Positions 11,754 to 25,247 of a DNA stretch of 64,000 bases are shown here, piece by piece (within the stretch, counting starts at the first letter, position 1; each line of letters begins with the position of its first letter). Location of the stretch: assembly GCA_043228905.1 (NCBI GenBank), contig JBHGNT010000020.1, positions 8,246,001-8,310,000 on the forward strand, read 5' to 3'. The notes beneath the pieces are model-generated. The model was not told the origin of the DNA. It saw nothing but the letters and a program-made list of their open reading frames with translations, and did no database searches. This stretch comes from Azolla caroliniana (taxonomy: Eukaryota > Plantae > Polypodiophyta). The translations under genes and the position numbers were made by a program.

Positions 11754-14290
11754 ATAGATGTGATCACTTACGGTGGGTCGTGCTCTTTCCGTTGGAGCTT
11801 TCGACATTGTTCTTTTGTATGACCCTTCTTTTTTGAGAATACGCAAAAAGGATGTTGTCGCTTACAATCGCGATCCATGAATTCGTTGGGTGTCTTGCAT
11901 TTCCCAACGAATTGCGACTGCTTAGTCCTGGTTGTTTCATTGGGTTTGTTATGGTCCTTCTTCGAAATGCTTTGATAGCGAAGAACTATTTCAAAGGCCT
12001 CTTCGAAGGATTTCGGATCCTTATCATGCACTATCCAGTGATAGTCCGAGTTGGGGATGCCATTGACAAAACAAGCTATCAACCAATTGTCCCCTTCTAG
12101 ACCCGATTTTTGGATTTGGGTTCTAGCATTGTGGACATAGTCTTCTACCGAAGAAAATTTCCGGCAAGAGAGGTTCATTAATGCTTGTGCTGCCTCGGTT
12201 CGAGATGGAGGTTGTAGAAATTGGCCCTTGATAACTGTGACAAAATCTGTCCAGGTATCGGGAAATTTACCCAAAGTTCGGAGCCCACGCCACTAGGCGG
12301 CTTCCTTACCCCCTAGTTCTTGGCCGACACATGCAATCTTCGTACTATCTAGCATGGGATAGAGCGCAAAATGAGTCTCCCATCGGCCCAACCACATGCA
12401 GATTGCTTTTTCCAAGGACTCGTGGTCCGTAGTTACCACAAAACGATTTCCATAAAGATAATGGCGCCATGTTTTGAGCACATGTATAATTGCAAATAAT
12501 TCCTTTTCTTGAACGGTATATCGAGATTGAGTAGAATCAAGTTTTTTACTCTCGAATGCTATTGGTTTACCATCTTGATATAAGACAACACCTATAGCAT
12601 AATCGCTTGCATCGGTTTCAACCTCAAAAGGTTTTGAAGGATTGGGTAAAATAAGCTAAGGAGCCTTGCACACCAGGTCCTTGACTTCCTTAAAGGTGAG
12701 GTCTAGTGTAGCATTCCACACAATAGGTTTTGTAGACTTACATGTTTGACCTTTTAGAAGATCAGTAAACGGCGTCGTCAATTTGGAGTAATTACGAAGG
12801 GATTTTTGCAAAAACTTGACAAAACCAAGGAATGATCGAACTTCTCGAATATTCCGAAAAGTGGGCCAAAGGTTTTTTTTCTCGATGCGAGAAGGATCAA
12901 TTTCAACTCCTCATTCAGTTATGAGATGACCAAGATAAGTAATTGATATCTTGAAGAACTCGCATTTTGAGATCTTCGCGTAGAATTTGTTGTCGCGCAA
13001 TGTTTGTAAAACAAAGCGGACGTGTTTAGCATGTTCTTCTAATGTACGACTATAAACTAAAATATCATCCAAGAAAATAAAGACAAATTTTCCAAGTTGT
13101 TCTCGGACATCTCCGACATTGTTGAAACCAAAAGGCATAACCGAAAACTAATAATGGCTATAACACGTACGAAATGTCGTTTTAGGAACATCGTTCTCAC
13201 TAATATGAATTTGTTGGTAGGCCGTACGGAGATAAAGTTTCGTAAAATACCGAGCTCCCTAGAGATGGTCAATTAGATCGTCAACCTAGCCCGGGGCAAT
13301 GGATATGAATTCTTGATCGTCACATTATTCAAGCGTCGGTAATTAATACACATATGCCATGTGCCCTCTTTCTTTTTACCAAGAGAATGGGTGCACCCCA
13401 TGGAGATTTACTATAACGTATATAACCCATTCGTAAATAGTCCTTGAGTTGCTTAAATACCTCATCCTCTTCGGATCGACTTAAGCGATAAGGAGGTATA
13501 CTTATTGGTGCAACGCTAGGTAAAATATCTATACGATGGTCTATGTTACATTTAGGTGGTAACCCATGTGGTAGTTCACTCAGAAAAACATTAGGAAAAT
13601 CATTTAAGATTTCATCGAGTTGTTGGTGTTAAAAATATGATAATTGAGCTAGGACATTATCGATATTGTAAACGTGAATGTCCAGATCAAGTATACAATA
13701 AAATAAAGTAGAAGAAGACAACTCGGATATTGATGGCGAGGAAACAATCGAAAGAGATTGGTTTTTAACACATTGAATAAAATGAGTACAATCATTCAGT
13801 ATAAAAGTAATTGAATGATGAACCCAATCAATAGATAAAGAAGAGTTTTTATTAAAAAACTAGGGATAACCTAGTATTCATCAGTGGTACAAATACTCAT
13901 TACATGGAAGTCTACTTCCTCTATATAAGTATCAATAGAAATTCCTAATGAATGAATCACCCCGTTGATGTATTGTACTCTTCTATGCACCCTATAAGTG
14001 TGATCACTTACAATGGGTTGGATTCCCCATATATGAACCAAATGATCATTCATAAAATTGTGTGAGCTTCCCGAATCAAATAAAAATTGTACGGGTGATC
14101 TATTGATATACCTGTTTGCACGTAGTAAATCATTGGGGCCCAATACATAGTGAGGGAAAGAACATTGACAATTACTTAAATGATTTGTATAGACCTCAAG
14201 GACATTAGGAATCCGACCTTTATGGTCTGCAACTTTTGCTTTGTTGTTGGTCTCTTTCCGTTGGAGCTTTCGACATTGTTCTTTTGTATG
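11754..14290 (-). pseudogene. Chromovirus-like gag (segment A, 11754-12410) joined directly to protease-RT-RNase H (segment B, 12411-14290)
   Basis: Gag zinc knuckle CVFSKKKGHTKEQC, protease LFDSGSSHNF, RT FIFLDDILVYS; no LTR at the ~12411 junction. Confidence 0.88.
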
Positions 14291-15094
14291 GGGTCGAAGC
14301 ATGCTACGGTGTACCAACTTTTGGCCAAAAATTTAGTACTAAATCAAGGAAGAAAATAAACATTAAAAATTGAAAATAAAACAATTATCATCTATTGAAT
14401 GGGGTTCAATTTCAAATAACAAATTCATTACGTCACACTCGAATGTACAAAGATATTATACGTCACACTCGAAATGTCCCAAGGCCGTATTTAATACACT
14501 AATTGTAACTTCATTCTCCTAGGTAGGGTTGTATGAAAGCACACCTGGAGAAGGTTTCGAATGTGACAGTTGGTCAGTCGCAGTCTCAGTCTCAGTCTCT
14601 CTCTCTCTCTCTTCTGTCTCGAAGTTGTCAGACAGACAATGGTAGAAAGTTAGAAAGAAGACACATATCTATTACCTATCTCTCTCTTTCTCTCTCTCAC
14701 TCCACCTTCGAATCTCTATTTCTTTCTTTCTTTCTGTTTCTCTCTCTCACTCCACCTTCGATTCTCTATTTCCCTGCGTAGTTGTTGTTGTGTTCCACTC
14801 TATGCCAAGTTCGATCTCTGTCTCTGTATATGTAGAGATTTCTGTTTCCCCGGATTGATGTTCTTGTTGTTGATTTTCTTTCCTTGTGTATGCTCGTTTG
14901 TCTCCTTTGTTAATGCTCGTTTGTCTCCTCTGCAGCAGCCTCGTCAACAACCTCTTGCATATAGGTGATTTTGAAGGCTTGGTGTGCTCCCAAGGTGTCG
15001 AAATCAACACAGTGTGGTACCTCTGCCTTAACCTTGACTCCATTTGCCTTCGTCCCATCAATCCATCTGCAGCTTGCACGACCTCCAGGTGTTC

Positions 15095-15480
15095 TCTGTG
15101 TTGCATGCCCAACTGGTATGTTTTCGTTTTCTCTGTGTTTCCTGTCCGTTTGTTTTTAATTTGTATGTGTATGGGCATTTTTTGGTTTTGATTATTCATA
15201 GTCTATGTGTTGCATGCCCAACTGGTATGTTTTCATTTTCTCTGTGTTTCCTGTCTGTTTGTTTTTAATTTGTATGTGTTTGACATGGATGAGTTTTCTT
15301 CCGACTGTTTAGGGTGGTTGTGTGTTTGACATGGTTTGTACATACAACTTAGATGGAGTTGGCTATGACGAGTTGCTATGTTTTCGTTTTCTCTGTGTTT
15401 CCTGTCTATCTGTTTTTAATTTGTATGTGTTAGACATGGATGAGTTTTCTTCCGACTATTTAGGGTTTTTGTGTGTTTGC
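15095..15480. repeat. Imperfect intronic repeats (~3 copies)
   Basis: TATGTTTTCGTTTTCTCTGTGTTTCCTGTC..TTTTTAATTTGTATGTG at ~15117, ~15227 and ~15378. Confidence 0.75.
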
Positions 15481-17705
15481 CATGGCTTGTACATGTAATG
15501 TGATGATTTGCTATGTGTTGATGGTAATTTGATGAGTTTTATTCTAGTACATGCATATTCATTCAATGAGAATAGTGATGACTAGGACAATGACGAGGAC
15601 ACCCATAAAGAAGACATTGATGAAAGAGAAAGTGAAGACACCAGTGAAGGAAGGAAAAAGGACACCTATCAAAGAAAGCAAGAAGACACCCACAAGGGAA
15701 AGGGTGATGAATTCATCAACACAGAGAAAGAAGATGTACCACTCCATCATTCAAGACACACCTCTCGGATGGAGTTATTTCCTTCGAGCATGACCTGAAG
15801 TTTATCCTGAGCTGAGAGAGTGGTTGATAAAAACCTGGGGGTCAGCACATCCCGATACAAGGCGAGGATTCCACATAAGTGGATTGAAGAGGGAATATGT
15901 GAACTTATTGAAGACGAGATATGAACATGTTTATGATACAAATCAAATCTGTAACAATGAGGTGGGTACTGTTTTTGCATGTGCATTTACATGTGAAGTT
16001 CAGGGTGGCATCGACGTAGATTGGGAAGATTTTAATCGGCACAGGTCAGAACATTATAAAGGGTCCTCTAGTACCAACACTGGCTTGAAGTCATCGGGAA
16101 CCTCTCATGTGGATATTCCGGCTACAACACCTATCCACCAAGTTCAATCTGCAAAGGTACCGGCCACAATGATTGAAAAACATGAACAGATGATGGCCGG
16201 TTGCATAGCTTCTATGAACTCAAGAATACAAGCACTACTTGCTGATTTGGAAGCAGTTAAATCAGCTGAGATACAGGCAGAAAATAAATTCTTTTCATTA
16301 AAGACTACATATGAATGGATTGCATCGACAATCCAAAATTCAGAAAGTGAGGTGTTGAAAGAGGAGTTGAAGAAAGAGCTAAACAATATGGGCACTCAAA
16401 TAAGTTCACAGATGAGCGACCTTGATACTTGTAGGAATGCACATTCCGAAATAGATAATAAGTTGTCAACTTTAAAGTTGCATTCCGAGAACCTTGCTTG
16501 CTTGATGCAAGATTTAAAACAAAAAGGTTTTGAAACTTTGTGTCCATCTGTAATTGAGCACCCAAGTGGTATTGAAAGTACCATTACGAGTATAGCTATA
16601 TCACGGTATTGGCTTTAAAAGTTATTTATTTCTACTTCTGTGGTATAAATATCATATTAGCTAATATATTATAACTTGTGTTTGCAATTTGCCAGGTGTA
16701 TATTTTGTGGCCTCGGATTCAAGCTGGAGGCTATGGATGTTGTGATTACACCGTGCTTGCACACATATCATGTGCTATGTGCTAAGTATCATTTTGAGAA
16801 AGAGAATACATGTATGGACTGTAAAACTACAATTGCGGCTAAGTGGTATTATGCTTGGGGTTTAAAAGTACACCCGTACGGTATGTGGCTCTACTATTCT
16901 ATTGTTTGCATTATATGATGTCAATTTACATTTGGATTAGAACTAGTGTATGCCACAATTTATACTTCAAATTTAGGAGAACAATGGATTAGTATTAGGG
17001 TATCTCTAACAACTAATATGTGGAACCCTAATTATGTGGGTTAGTATTGGCAATACTCTTAATATATAATTGGTATGTGTAGTTGAAGGGATATTTTCTA
17101 GAATTAGTACTAAAAGGGAACTAGGTACAACATCGTCCAATCTATATTGCAACTTGCTTAGTACTAGTTTAGTAGACACTATACTTGTAGTACACTATTG
17201 ACTGTTAGTATTGTTTGTGTAACTTGGGAATTAGTACTAGTTATGTAATTTGGGAACAAGGTGTATAGTAAATTGCTGAATATTAGTACAGTTTGTGTAA
17301 TTTGGAAATGAGGTTTGTCAAACACATATCACGTTTAGTACTAATACTGTTGGTGTAATTAGTACAAGTTATGTAATTAGGTGTGTAGAACACATATCAC
17401 GTTTAGTATTACTTGTGTGCAAAATACCACGTTAGTACTAAAATCCAATCTACATTTGTTGGATTAGATGTTAGTCCAATCTATATTACAACGTGCCTAG
17501 TACTAGTGTTAGTACACACTATACTTGTAGTACATTGTTGACGATTAGTACTTAGCGAGTAGTACATTGTTCATAATTAGTACTAGTTCTGTAAATTTTA
17601 TATATTTTATATCACGGTACTAACGTTGATGGTTTTTTGGTTTCTTACAATGAATGTTGTAGTGTCAAGCAACTCCACGCCAGGGAAGGTAATGGAACAA
17701 CCGGC

Positions 17706-17827
17706 CCTTAGTTCTTCCATCCGCCTCCAAAGATGCTCATGAGGTACCATATCAAAAGCTTTCTTGAAGTCTACAAAGCAACAATATAAACCTTTACCTC
17801 TAAGGTGACTTTCCTCCATTAATACTT

Positions 17828-17828
<1 letters not shown>
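17706..17828 (-). pseudogene. LINE reverse transcriptase fragment
   Basis: LYCCFVDFKKAFDMVPHEHLW motif. Confidence 0.8.

Positions 17829-17874
<46 letters not shown>
17829..17874. repeat. (GA)n microsatellite
   Basis: About 22 uninterrupted GA units. Confidence 0.95.
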
Positions 17875-17881
<7 letters not shown>

Positions 17882-18522
17882 TTGAGCTCTTGGGATTGAA
17901 ATTAGTAAGAACTGTTTTGACAAGTTTATTGTTTCACCATTATAATCCTTCATCATTTTATAATGTTATGAGGATTATTGATCCACACTTGGGAGAGTAT
18001 AAAGGAGGTGAGATGCCTATAGGATAAGTAACAAAATTCCTTTTTATGTGTTAAACATGGGATCACGACATATAAAGATTTAACGCAATGTCATTTTTGT
18101 AATATACCTTCTTTTTTTCTTGAATTTCTAGTATAATTAGTGTGTGACCTATGAACTAGTCTAGGCAACATTAAGTTATTGTTGTTCAAGTAGGCTCCAC
18201 ATAAGTGTATAGTGGGCAATGGGCACAATGAGGCCATATCTAAGAGGCCCAAGTGAGGGAGTTTGAAGTAGAAGTGACATGGAAAGTAAGAAGCTCCGCA
18301 AATAATGTTAGCTTAGCTACCACGAGTATCTTGATTGGAGGTGTTCGTTAGTAGCTATTTTGTAGGACTTGGAGATCGAGGGTCTCCTAATGAAGGTGAT
18401 CTAGGGTATATAGTTGAAACGCAATATCAAGAGAGAAAGACCAACGCCATAATATGTGTAATAACATTTGTAGGAGTCTCATATGGGTCTAACATTTTTC
18501 TTGTGATATCTATATTACAACA

Positions 18523-18959
18523 TGTTGAGCGGCAAGCTCAACTGGAGCCGGATTGGCTAGATAAGCCTTAGCTGACGAGCGAGACAGATCGGTAAGCCGG
18601 TGAGCAACCGAGCCGGCAAGCAACAGAGCCGGTGAGTTGGGGAGCCGGTTAGCAGGATCCAATCGGTAACCGGAAACCTAGTATTAGTTTAGACTACTAG
18701 GCAGTTATAGTCTCGTAGTAAGTGTTAGATGCTTGTGTGAGCATTGAAGTATGCGGTACTTTTGTCAGTCCCACGAAGACTTGTATAAATAGTGCTGCTG
18801 AGCAGAGTTGTATGGAGAGAGTGTTTTTATCGTTTTTGAATATAACTTTGAGGTTCTGCTCTCTCTGTCTCTCCCGTGTACTCTGTGTATTCTTTGCCTT
18901 CCCTGTTCTCTAATGCTTCCGCAAGTAATCGTTTCTAAACCCTTGGTATTTGCTGAACA
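18523..18959 (+). mobile_element. Probable solo LTR, no matching TSD
   Basis: TGTTGAGC...GCTGAACA termini, TATAAATA at ~18784, GAGCCGG repeats; flanks CAACA/TTCCA do not match. Confidence 0.55.
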
Positions 18960-19809
18960 TTCCAAGGTTCAGGGACCATCATTACCAATAACCTATGAGT
19001 TTTATGATGAAGATGAATGTATGAGAAGGGCCACTGGAGTAGTGGAACATATGCTTCTACAAACAAATTCCCCAAGCTCCGGTCAACATCAAAACAATCC
19101 AGGTAACACAAATTTTGCCAACATACCTTAATTCTCATTTGAGAAAATGTTGAATGCCTAATTTCTTTAGAAATAGAGCCAACTATGAAGAGGAATGCTG
19201 CAAGAATGTTGTATGGAAAGGGTAAGAAAGGCAAAGTTGTATGCAATGGTGAGTCATATATGTTCTCACCTATCCGGAGAGTTGTCAACCTAATGCATTG
19301 TCTAATACCATGTACTTGTGTTATTAGTTGATGACGAAATGATCTTTGGTGAGGGAGATACGAATCCAAAACCTGATCGTGAAGACGAATTTATCACACT
19401 CCCAAGTACACGTCAAAAGCCGGTTTTTGAAAACAATGATTTAGATCATAACAACCCTATGATAGTGTTGCTTTTGGTGTATTCTATAGATCATAACAAC
19501 CCTTTTGAGCACTTAGATGTTGTGGAGAAGATTACCGAGCCTACCACTCGCAATGGGGTATCTCCGGCTGTACAGTATGACGATGTAACAATAGGTAAAA
19601 ATGTGGCTCTTAACCCTATGTTCATTGTTGTTGGTATGTTTGCAAACTTTTGAGTATGTGAGTTGATACTAATATTCTTTGTAATCCCATTATTTAGGTT
19701 TACAAGAGTAGTCCGATTCCCAATTGCAATCAAATGAATCGGGAACTATATGGAGCACAAGTGCAGAGTCAGATTCTGGGATTAACCTTTGCACGGAGGT
19801 AGAATCTGA

Positions 19810-20180
19810 AAACACATCTTCCACACATGAGGACTATGAGAAAAACTGGCATGTACAAACAAAAATTTGTCTAAAGAAGCCCATGAGGAGTGTGGAAAGA
19901 ATATGGCAAGTACTGAAGAGAAGACTGATTGTACTGAGAATGTATCTATAGTGTCTAAAGATTCCCATGAGGAGTGTGGAAAGAACATCACTAGTACTGA
20001 AGAGGAGCCTGATTATATTGAGAATGTGCTAGTAGTGTCTTGTGAAGCCCATGAGGAGTGTGGAAAGAACATCGCTAGTACTGAAGAGGAGCCTGATTAT
20101 ACGGAGAATGTGCTAGTAGTGTCTAAAGAATTCCATGAGGATTGTGGAAAGAACATCGTTACTAATGAAGGGGAGCCTAC
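19810..20180 (+). repeat. 84-bp (28-aa) coding tandem repeat, ~4 copies
   Basis: VSxxxHEECGKNIxSTEEEPDYxENVLV repeated in ORF 19867-20691. Confidence 0.85.
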
Positions 20181-22679
20181 TAGGATCACCCATGAGGACG
20201 AGGCAATAAAGACCACCCAAGAAGGGAAGCACGATTGTCTTAAGAATGAGGTGACAACTGCTGTACAAGAGGAGTTGACCATGACTACTGCCACAGTCCA
20301 CATACATGAGTCTAATTGTATTAAGAATGAGTGTACAGGCATCGGTGATGATGATAGGGCAATAAAGGTCACCCAAGAAGGAGAGCACAGTGGTCTTAAG
20401 AATGAGGTGATTATCACCAACCAAGAGTTCTCCAGGAGTATTGCTATAGCCCACATACAAGAGCCTAATTGTACTGAGACTGAGCATACTAGCAACAACA
20501 TGAGTACTAAAACAACCCACATTCAGGAGATGAGTGATAATTTGTTTGTCAATAGTACCTTTGTGGATGTGTGTACAAGCATTGCAATTGTAGAAAACAC
20601 AGTTGCTCTCTCAAGATTGCCACTAGTACAAGGTGCCCGTGCATCCACGCCTGTCTCTAATGCCTCTGATGATGAAGTGCCACTTAGTTAGATGATACCT
20701 AAAGGCTTTAAGATAAAGAAGAATGTAAAATCAGAAAAAACTGGCACCAACAACAAGCGCATTACAAGATCGGCCAAATTGCCCTCTAGTGCCTGATTGT
20801 CTTTCGATTGTACTTGAACTTTAGCTGAACTGTTAGTGATGTCTGAAATTGAACTATTTGGTATACCAAAATCCAGTAGTTATACCAGTGTGAAATTCTA
20901 TATTGCCAATTGTAGAGAATGAAAATGTATTCTATTGTTAACTCTGAAATGTTGTGAAGATCAAATCACTCATCTAGTGTTGTAGTGTAATCTGAATTTC
21001 TATATTGCTAATTCTGAAATGATCTTTGGTGAGGGAGGTACGAATTTATCACACTCCTAGGTACACTCCCATGCAGCCATGATTGTGTTGATTACAAATA
21101 AAATTCTATATTGTTAACTGAGATATTATATACAGTTCGTTATACCAGATGAAGATTTAGAAGACTGGTGGTATATACTGTCATGCAACCGAACTTTACA
21201 TCAGATGTATGTATCCGTCTAAGTGAGATACTTTGGGAGACTACTATGTATTACTTAATACTTGCAATTGACATACTTGCAATTGACATTAGTACTGAAC
21301 TAATATTTATATTGATACTTGCGTTAGTACTAATATGTATATTGATACTTGCGAAGTATGGTCTCCTTGAGTGCACATGGTTAGAGTTGAATAATGACTT
21401 GAGTGCACACAATAGAGACTTGATAGTTGAATAAGTTTGGGCCATATTTAGGCTACTAAGTATTCAAGACTTCACACCTTAAACCATAGAAACAAGCAAC
21501 TCTATAATTACCATAAACACTGATAGTATTGAAGACCTCACACCTTAAACCATGGAAACAAGAAACTCTATAATTACCATAAACACTTACAATACAAGCT
21601 CAATAAATAGTCTCAATACATCAAATATATCGATTCATAATACATAATAGAAGAAAGACGAAATATATCGATTCATTTGTCAATCATCAAAATTAATATA
21701 TCAATACATCAAATAGTGAACTACAAGTGGATGTTTTTCAGTTTTTTGGTACAATGTATTGATAGGGTGACTTTCAAGCATTAAATAGAGAGACCTCCCC
21801 TAATATGTGCTCATGAACCTCTTGGGGGACCTTGTAGACAGTGTTGTATCCCTTAACCTTGTGCTTTGCTTGAGGCATATTGAATTTGATCGCAAGAATG
21901 GCATCAACGTAGATTATTGCGATTGGTGCTTCTTTTAGTAATGCATGTGTTCTTGCACTGCGGCAACTTTGCATAATAGTTTCCATACACGACAGACTCA
22001 CCAACGTTGAAATTGTTGCCCCAACCATCCCTCACCACTTCTTTCAATAATGTCTTGCCTTGCTTGCACACCACATTGATGTAGTAGTCTTCTAAATCTT
22101 CATTCTGAGGAGATTTGAGCACTGCAAAATGATCTCCAACTTCCAATAAAACTACCAAGTCTTGATGTTGGTTGTAGTATACAATATCATTTTAATGCGC
22201 ATCCTCGTCAATATCATCTTGTCGTTCAGGCTCAAGCTTCTGCAGCTTCCAAGGCTCGACGATTGATGCATTTATCCCTAGCTTCATCTATACACATGGA
22301 ACAAAAGCATGATAAAGTACGGAGTAACAATTGTGTTGTGTCCTTGCGGCTAAACCCTAATACAAACTGGGTGCTGCATGTGCCTTTCACGGTTTTACAA
22401 CCATATGATTTAGTTCTATCAACCTCATCAGCGCGAACTTCAACAAACAATCTGTTCTTAACATCATTTGACATCTTCCATGTTAGCCACTACACAACAT
22501 CATGTGCATTTTGTAACTTAGCACCATTATTATCCAACTGCTCACTTGTAAGGGCACGTTTGATCACAGCCCCCGCGCCATCATGCTCTCCTTTTCCATG
22601 TCCAGACCCAAAGTAGTTCCATTGCATACGAATGTTGAATAAGGAGAAATACCTGCTTTTGTATCTCAGGTTTCCAACA

Positions 22680-24200
22680 AAATTAGTACTATGTTGTCAA
22701 TCGAGAGTACTACACATCCATTAATACCGATTTAGTACAAATACAAAACAAAGCATAGCACAACGTATCCATTGAGAACACTCTACACTTATTAAAAGAT
22801 AAATAGTACTATGTTGTCAACCACGTGAACTTGGCATCCATTAATACTAATTTAGTATGGATACAACACAAAGCATAGTACAATCAATTCATGGAAAGCA
22901 CTCTACATGAACTAACAGATAAATAGTACAAACTCTTCAATATCGGATAGTACTATGTTGCTGACGACGAGTACTTTACATTCATTAATACTGATTTAGT
23001 ACAGATACAATACACAATACAGTACAATGTGTCCAAGGAGAACACAACCCTCCTTAGAAGATAATTAGTACTACAACACATGTACTTTACATCCCCCAAT
23101 AAACACTGATTTAGTATAGATACAACACATAGTACAGTACACTGTGTTCATGGAGAACACTTAGCATGGATTAATAGATAATTAGTACAAACTCTTCAAT
23201 ATAAGACAGTACTATGAGTACAAGACATGTACTTTACATCTTCCGATAATTATTGATTTAGTATAGATACAACACCAAGTACAATACAGTGTGTTCATGG
23301 AGAACACTCAACATCAATTAATAGATAATTAGTACAAACTCTTCAATATAGGACAATACTATGAGTAAAAGACATGTACTTTACATCCTTCGATAATTAC
23401 TGATTTAGTACAGATACAACACACAGTACAATACAGTGTCCATGGAAAACTCTCAACATGGATTAAAAGATAATTAGTACAATTCTCTTAAGGACGGACA
23501 ATACGATGAGTACAAGATGAGTAAATACTGATTTAGTACAAATACAACACACAACATAGTACAACGTGTCTATGGAGAACACTTCACATGGATTAAAAGA
23601 TGATTAGTACAATTCTCTTAAGGACAGACAATACTAAGAGTAGAAGACGAGTACTTTACATCCTTCAGTAAATACTGATTTAGTATAGATACAACATACA
23701 ACATAGTACAATGTGTTTATGGAGAACACTTCACATGGATTAAAAGATAATTAGTACAATTCTCTTAAGGACGGACAATACTATGAGTACAAGACGAGTA
23801 CTTTACATCCTTCTATAAACACAACATAGTACAGATACAACACACAACATAGTACAATGTGTCTATGGAGAACGCTTCACATGGATTAAAAGATAATTAG
23901 TACAATTCTCTTAAGGACGGACAATACTATGAGTACAAGACGAGTACTTTACATCCTTCTGTAAATACTGATTTAGTACAGATACAACACACAACATAGT
24001 ACAATGTGTTTATGGAGAACAGTTCACATGGATTAAAGATAATTAGTACAATTCTCTTAAGGACGGACAATACTATAGAGTACAATACGAGTACTTTACA
24101 TCCTTCAGTAAATATTGATTTAGTAAAGATACAACACACAACATAGTACAATTTGTCTATGGAGAACACTTCACATGGATTAAAAGATAATAAACACAGA
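22680..24200. repeat. ~147-bp tandem satellite (~10-11 units, older units ~120 bp) in the transposase intron
   Basis: GGATTAAAAGATAATTAGTAC recurs at ~23168, 23315, 23460, 23590, 23737, 23883, 24030 and 24177. Confidence 0.9.
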
Positions 24201-25247
24201 TTCACGTGACAAGATAGTACTATTTGATCAATCAAGAATAGTTAACTTAGTTACAAACAAAATTAGTATGCATGCATCCATGTGAATAGTGCTGTGTTCG
24301 AATAGTTACAAACATAATTAGTATGCATCCATGTGAATAGTACTGTGTGTGAATAGTTACAAACATAATTAGTATGCATGCACTAACACAAGAATTACTT
24401 CCTTACACATTGCATGATAAGTACTAAACATATGGATTAAAAATTACCTAGCAATAAAGTAGAATGATCGTGTCGCCTTAAACTACGAGGCAACACCATC
24501 AGACCAAACCCAATGATGGTTAAAGGTTAACCCTAGAGACAATAAATCTGCATGGTGAAGCTTAAAACAATGTTGAACAAATAGTGTATCATGCTTTTTA
24601 TCATCTGAAATGTAAAATATTGATTTCTTATGTAACTCACCGTCTTGCCTCCAATAGCAAATATGTACAAGTATTGTACATTGATCATTGTACCAATGCA
24701 TTGATTGAACCTCATTTTGAACTTTAAATGTATAGTTTTCTGTAAAGTCAATAACGGATACGATGACATCCGTTGGTAAGTTATTAATACATTCCTTGAA
24801 TTGTGAATTTTGCCAATAACTCCGGAAGTTATGTGGAATGAACTCCCCAAGTTGTTTCTTAAATTCTGAGACAAGGGTAGCAACACATTTCTCCTTATAT
24901 ACTTGATACGCTTAGTTACAAGTCCCTTGCCAATATTTTCAGTCACATACTCTAAATATTTCCATTTCACGATATGACTATTTCCCAAATCAAGCTCCTG
25001 CCTAGAAAATAATGGTAGTGGACAAACCTTACATGTTCTTAATAGACATGTACGACTATGCCACTCACATGATGGTTCTTTTTCACAAACACAAGACCTC
25101 CATAGCTCAGAAACGGATGCATAAGTCATGTTTCGTGCATTACACCTATTATCCTCCCCATTTGGTCTACAAACCTCACAAGTGCAGACACATAATTCTC
25201 CGTGTATACCCTTAGAATCAGTACACATTGCATTCACTCCTAGCCTT

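Larger units (their letters stand above)
14935..20691 (+). pseudogene. Multi-exon second gene of the transposon: acidic region, coiled coil, RING-H2 finger, repeat-rich acidic tail
   Basis: ORF 15824-16618 has a GT donor at ~16607; AG acceptor at ~16695 leads into CIFC-x15-CLHTYHVLC-x10-CMDC; downstream ORFs 19724-19951 and 19867-20691; exon linkage beyond 16880 is uncertain. Confidence 0.6.

Noticed and set aside
22680-24200. Regular array considered as a CRISPR array or a coding repeat (ORF 23927-24235)
   Set aside because: Whole units repeat without variable spacers, and the array lies inside a GT-AG intron.
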